NCBI GenBank assembly: GCA_043228905.1
Contig: JBHGNT010000099.1
Span: 27,368 to 91,367 of the forward strand
DNA from: Azolla caroliniana
Lineage: Eukaryota; Plantae; Polypodiophyta
Direction: 5' to 3'
Length of the DNA: 64,000 nt
The stretch's first letter is position 1. The number at the start of each line of letters is the position of its first letter. Shown here piece by piece: positions 63,182-64,000 of this stretch. Below the pieces are notes generated by a model, which was not told where the DNA came from, ran no database searches, and worked only from the letters and a program-made list of their open reading frames with translations. Made by a program: the position numbers and the translations under genes.

Positions 63182-64000
63182 ATGCTCATGAGTAGTGATT
63201 GCGGCACTGCAAGGAAGAGATTACGGGAACCAAGACCAGAAACACCCATCGAAGATCCTGAAACCTGGCACACATATACAAAGAGACTTTACCAAATCCC
63301 AAACCAACCACCCATTCGAAGGCCTTCTACACCCCGACCTACTGTGGGGACACTTTTGACAACCTCTAGGGTCGCGAAGGTGATAAAGAAATTACAACAT
63401 AGGAATTCCATGGACCACACAGGATTACGAGCAGAACACATCATATATGTGAGAGAAGGCCTAACTCCCTTGCTAACTGTAATTTTCAATCGTGCCCTCG
63501 CGGAGGATTTTCCAACACAATGGACTATGAACACAATGGCCCCCATACATAAAGCAGGGGGGACGCCATGGACCCAAATACATGTAGGAGCATTATGATA
63601 GGTCATACCCTTGCTAAATTATATGGTGCAGTAATGGAGGTAGAGTTTAGCCATTATATGGACACCCTAAATCTTCGCACACCTGAACAGGCTGGCTTTA
63701 GACAAGCCTTCTCCACTATTGATCATATCTTCACACTTAGATGCTTAATTGACCAAACTAACACTCACAAGAAGAAATTATATTGCTGTTTTGTGGACTT
63801 CCGCAAAGCCTTTGACAAGGTCCCTACAGAGTGTTTGTTTGATAGGCTTAAAAGCTTAAGGATACGAGATGACATGGTTTGGGCCATCTACGCACTATAT
63901 GAACAAGTGTCCAGATGTGTTCGATGCCCAGGTGTCTTATCCAATTGTTTCACTAGTACTATTGGTGTAAAACAAGGCTCCCCCTATCTCTGACTCTCTT
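63182..64000 (+). mobile_element. Non-LTR retrotransposon (LINE) reverse transcriptase, frameshifted, running off the window
   Basis: PIHKAG, QAGFR, STIDHIFTL, CCFVDFRKAFDKV, GVKQG. Confidence 0.9.

Overview
Eukaryotic land-plant DNA. A non-seed plant such as a fern or lycophyte is my inference from the retrotransposon types, not something the sequence proves. Two near-identical, intron-containing ferric reduction oxidase (FRO) genes lie in tandem 54,577 bp apart: copy 1 is 5'-truncated at 140-2643 and copy 2 spans about 53313-57202. About 48 kb of nested transposons separate them, and most insertions resolve to exact termini and target-site duplications (TSDs). Nest 1: Copia Z (LTR from 3139) contains Copia A (3707-19554), which contains a solo LTR (7637-8374) and Gypsy C (9492-18888). 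Nest 2: a putative CACTA-like DNA element H (about 22970-50979) contains Copia D (28763-49318, minus strand). D in turn contains young Copia E (30828-36151), a solo LTR with a 4-bp TSD (37303-37958) and non-coding LTR element F (38537-47393), and F contains Copia G (38979-44629). Downstream of FRO copy 2 are a truncated Copia with a 54-bp array in its LTR and a LINE reverse transcriptase fragment. The best candidate for something undescribed is in H: a decayed, spliced gene with a ParB/Srx-like domain lying just downstream of an array of palindromic repeats. All domain calls and mismatch counts were made by eye; no searches were run.
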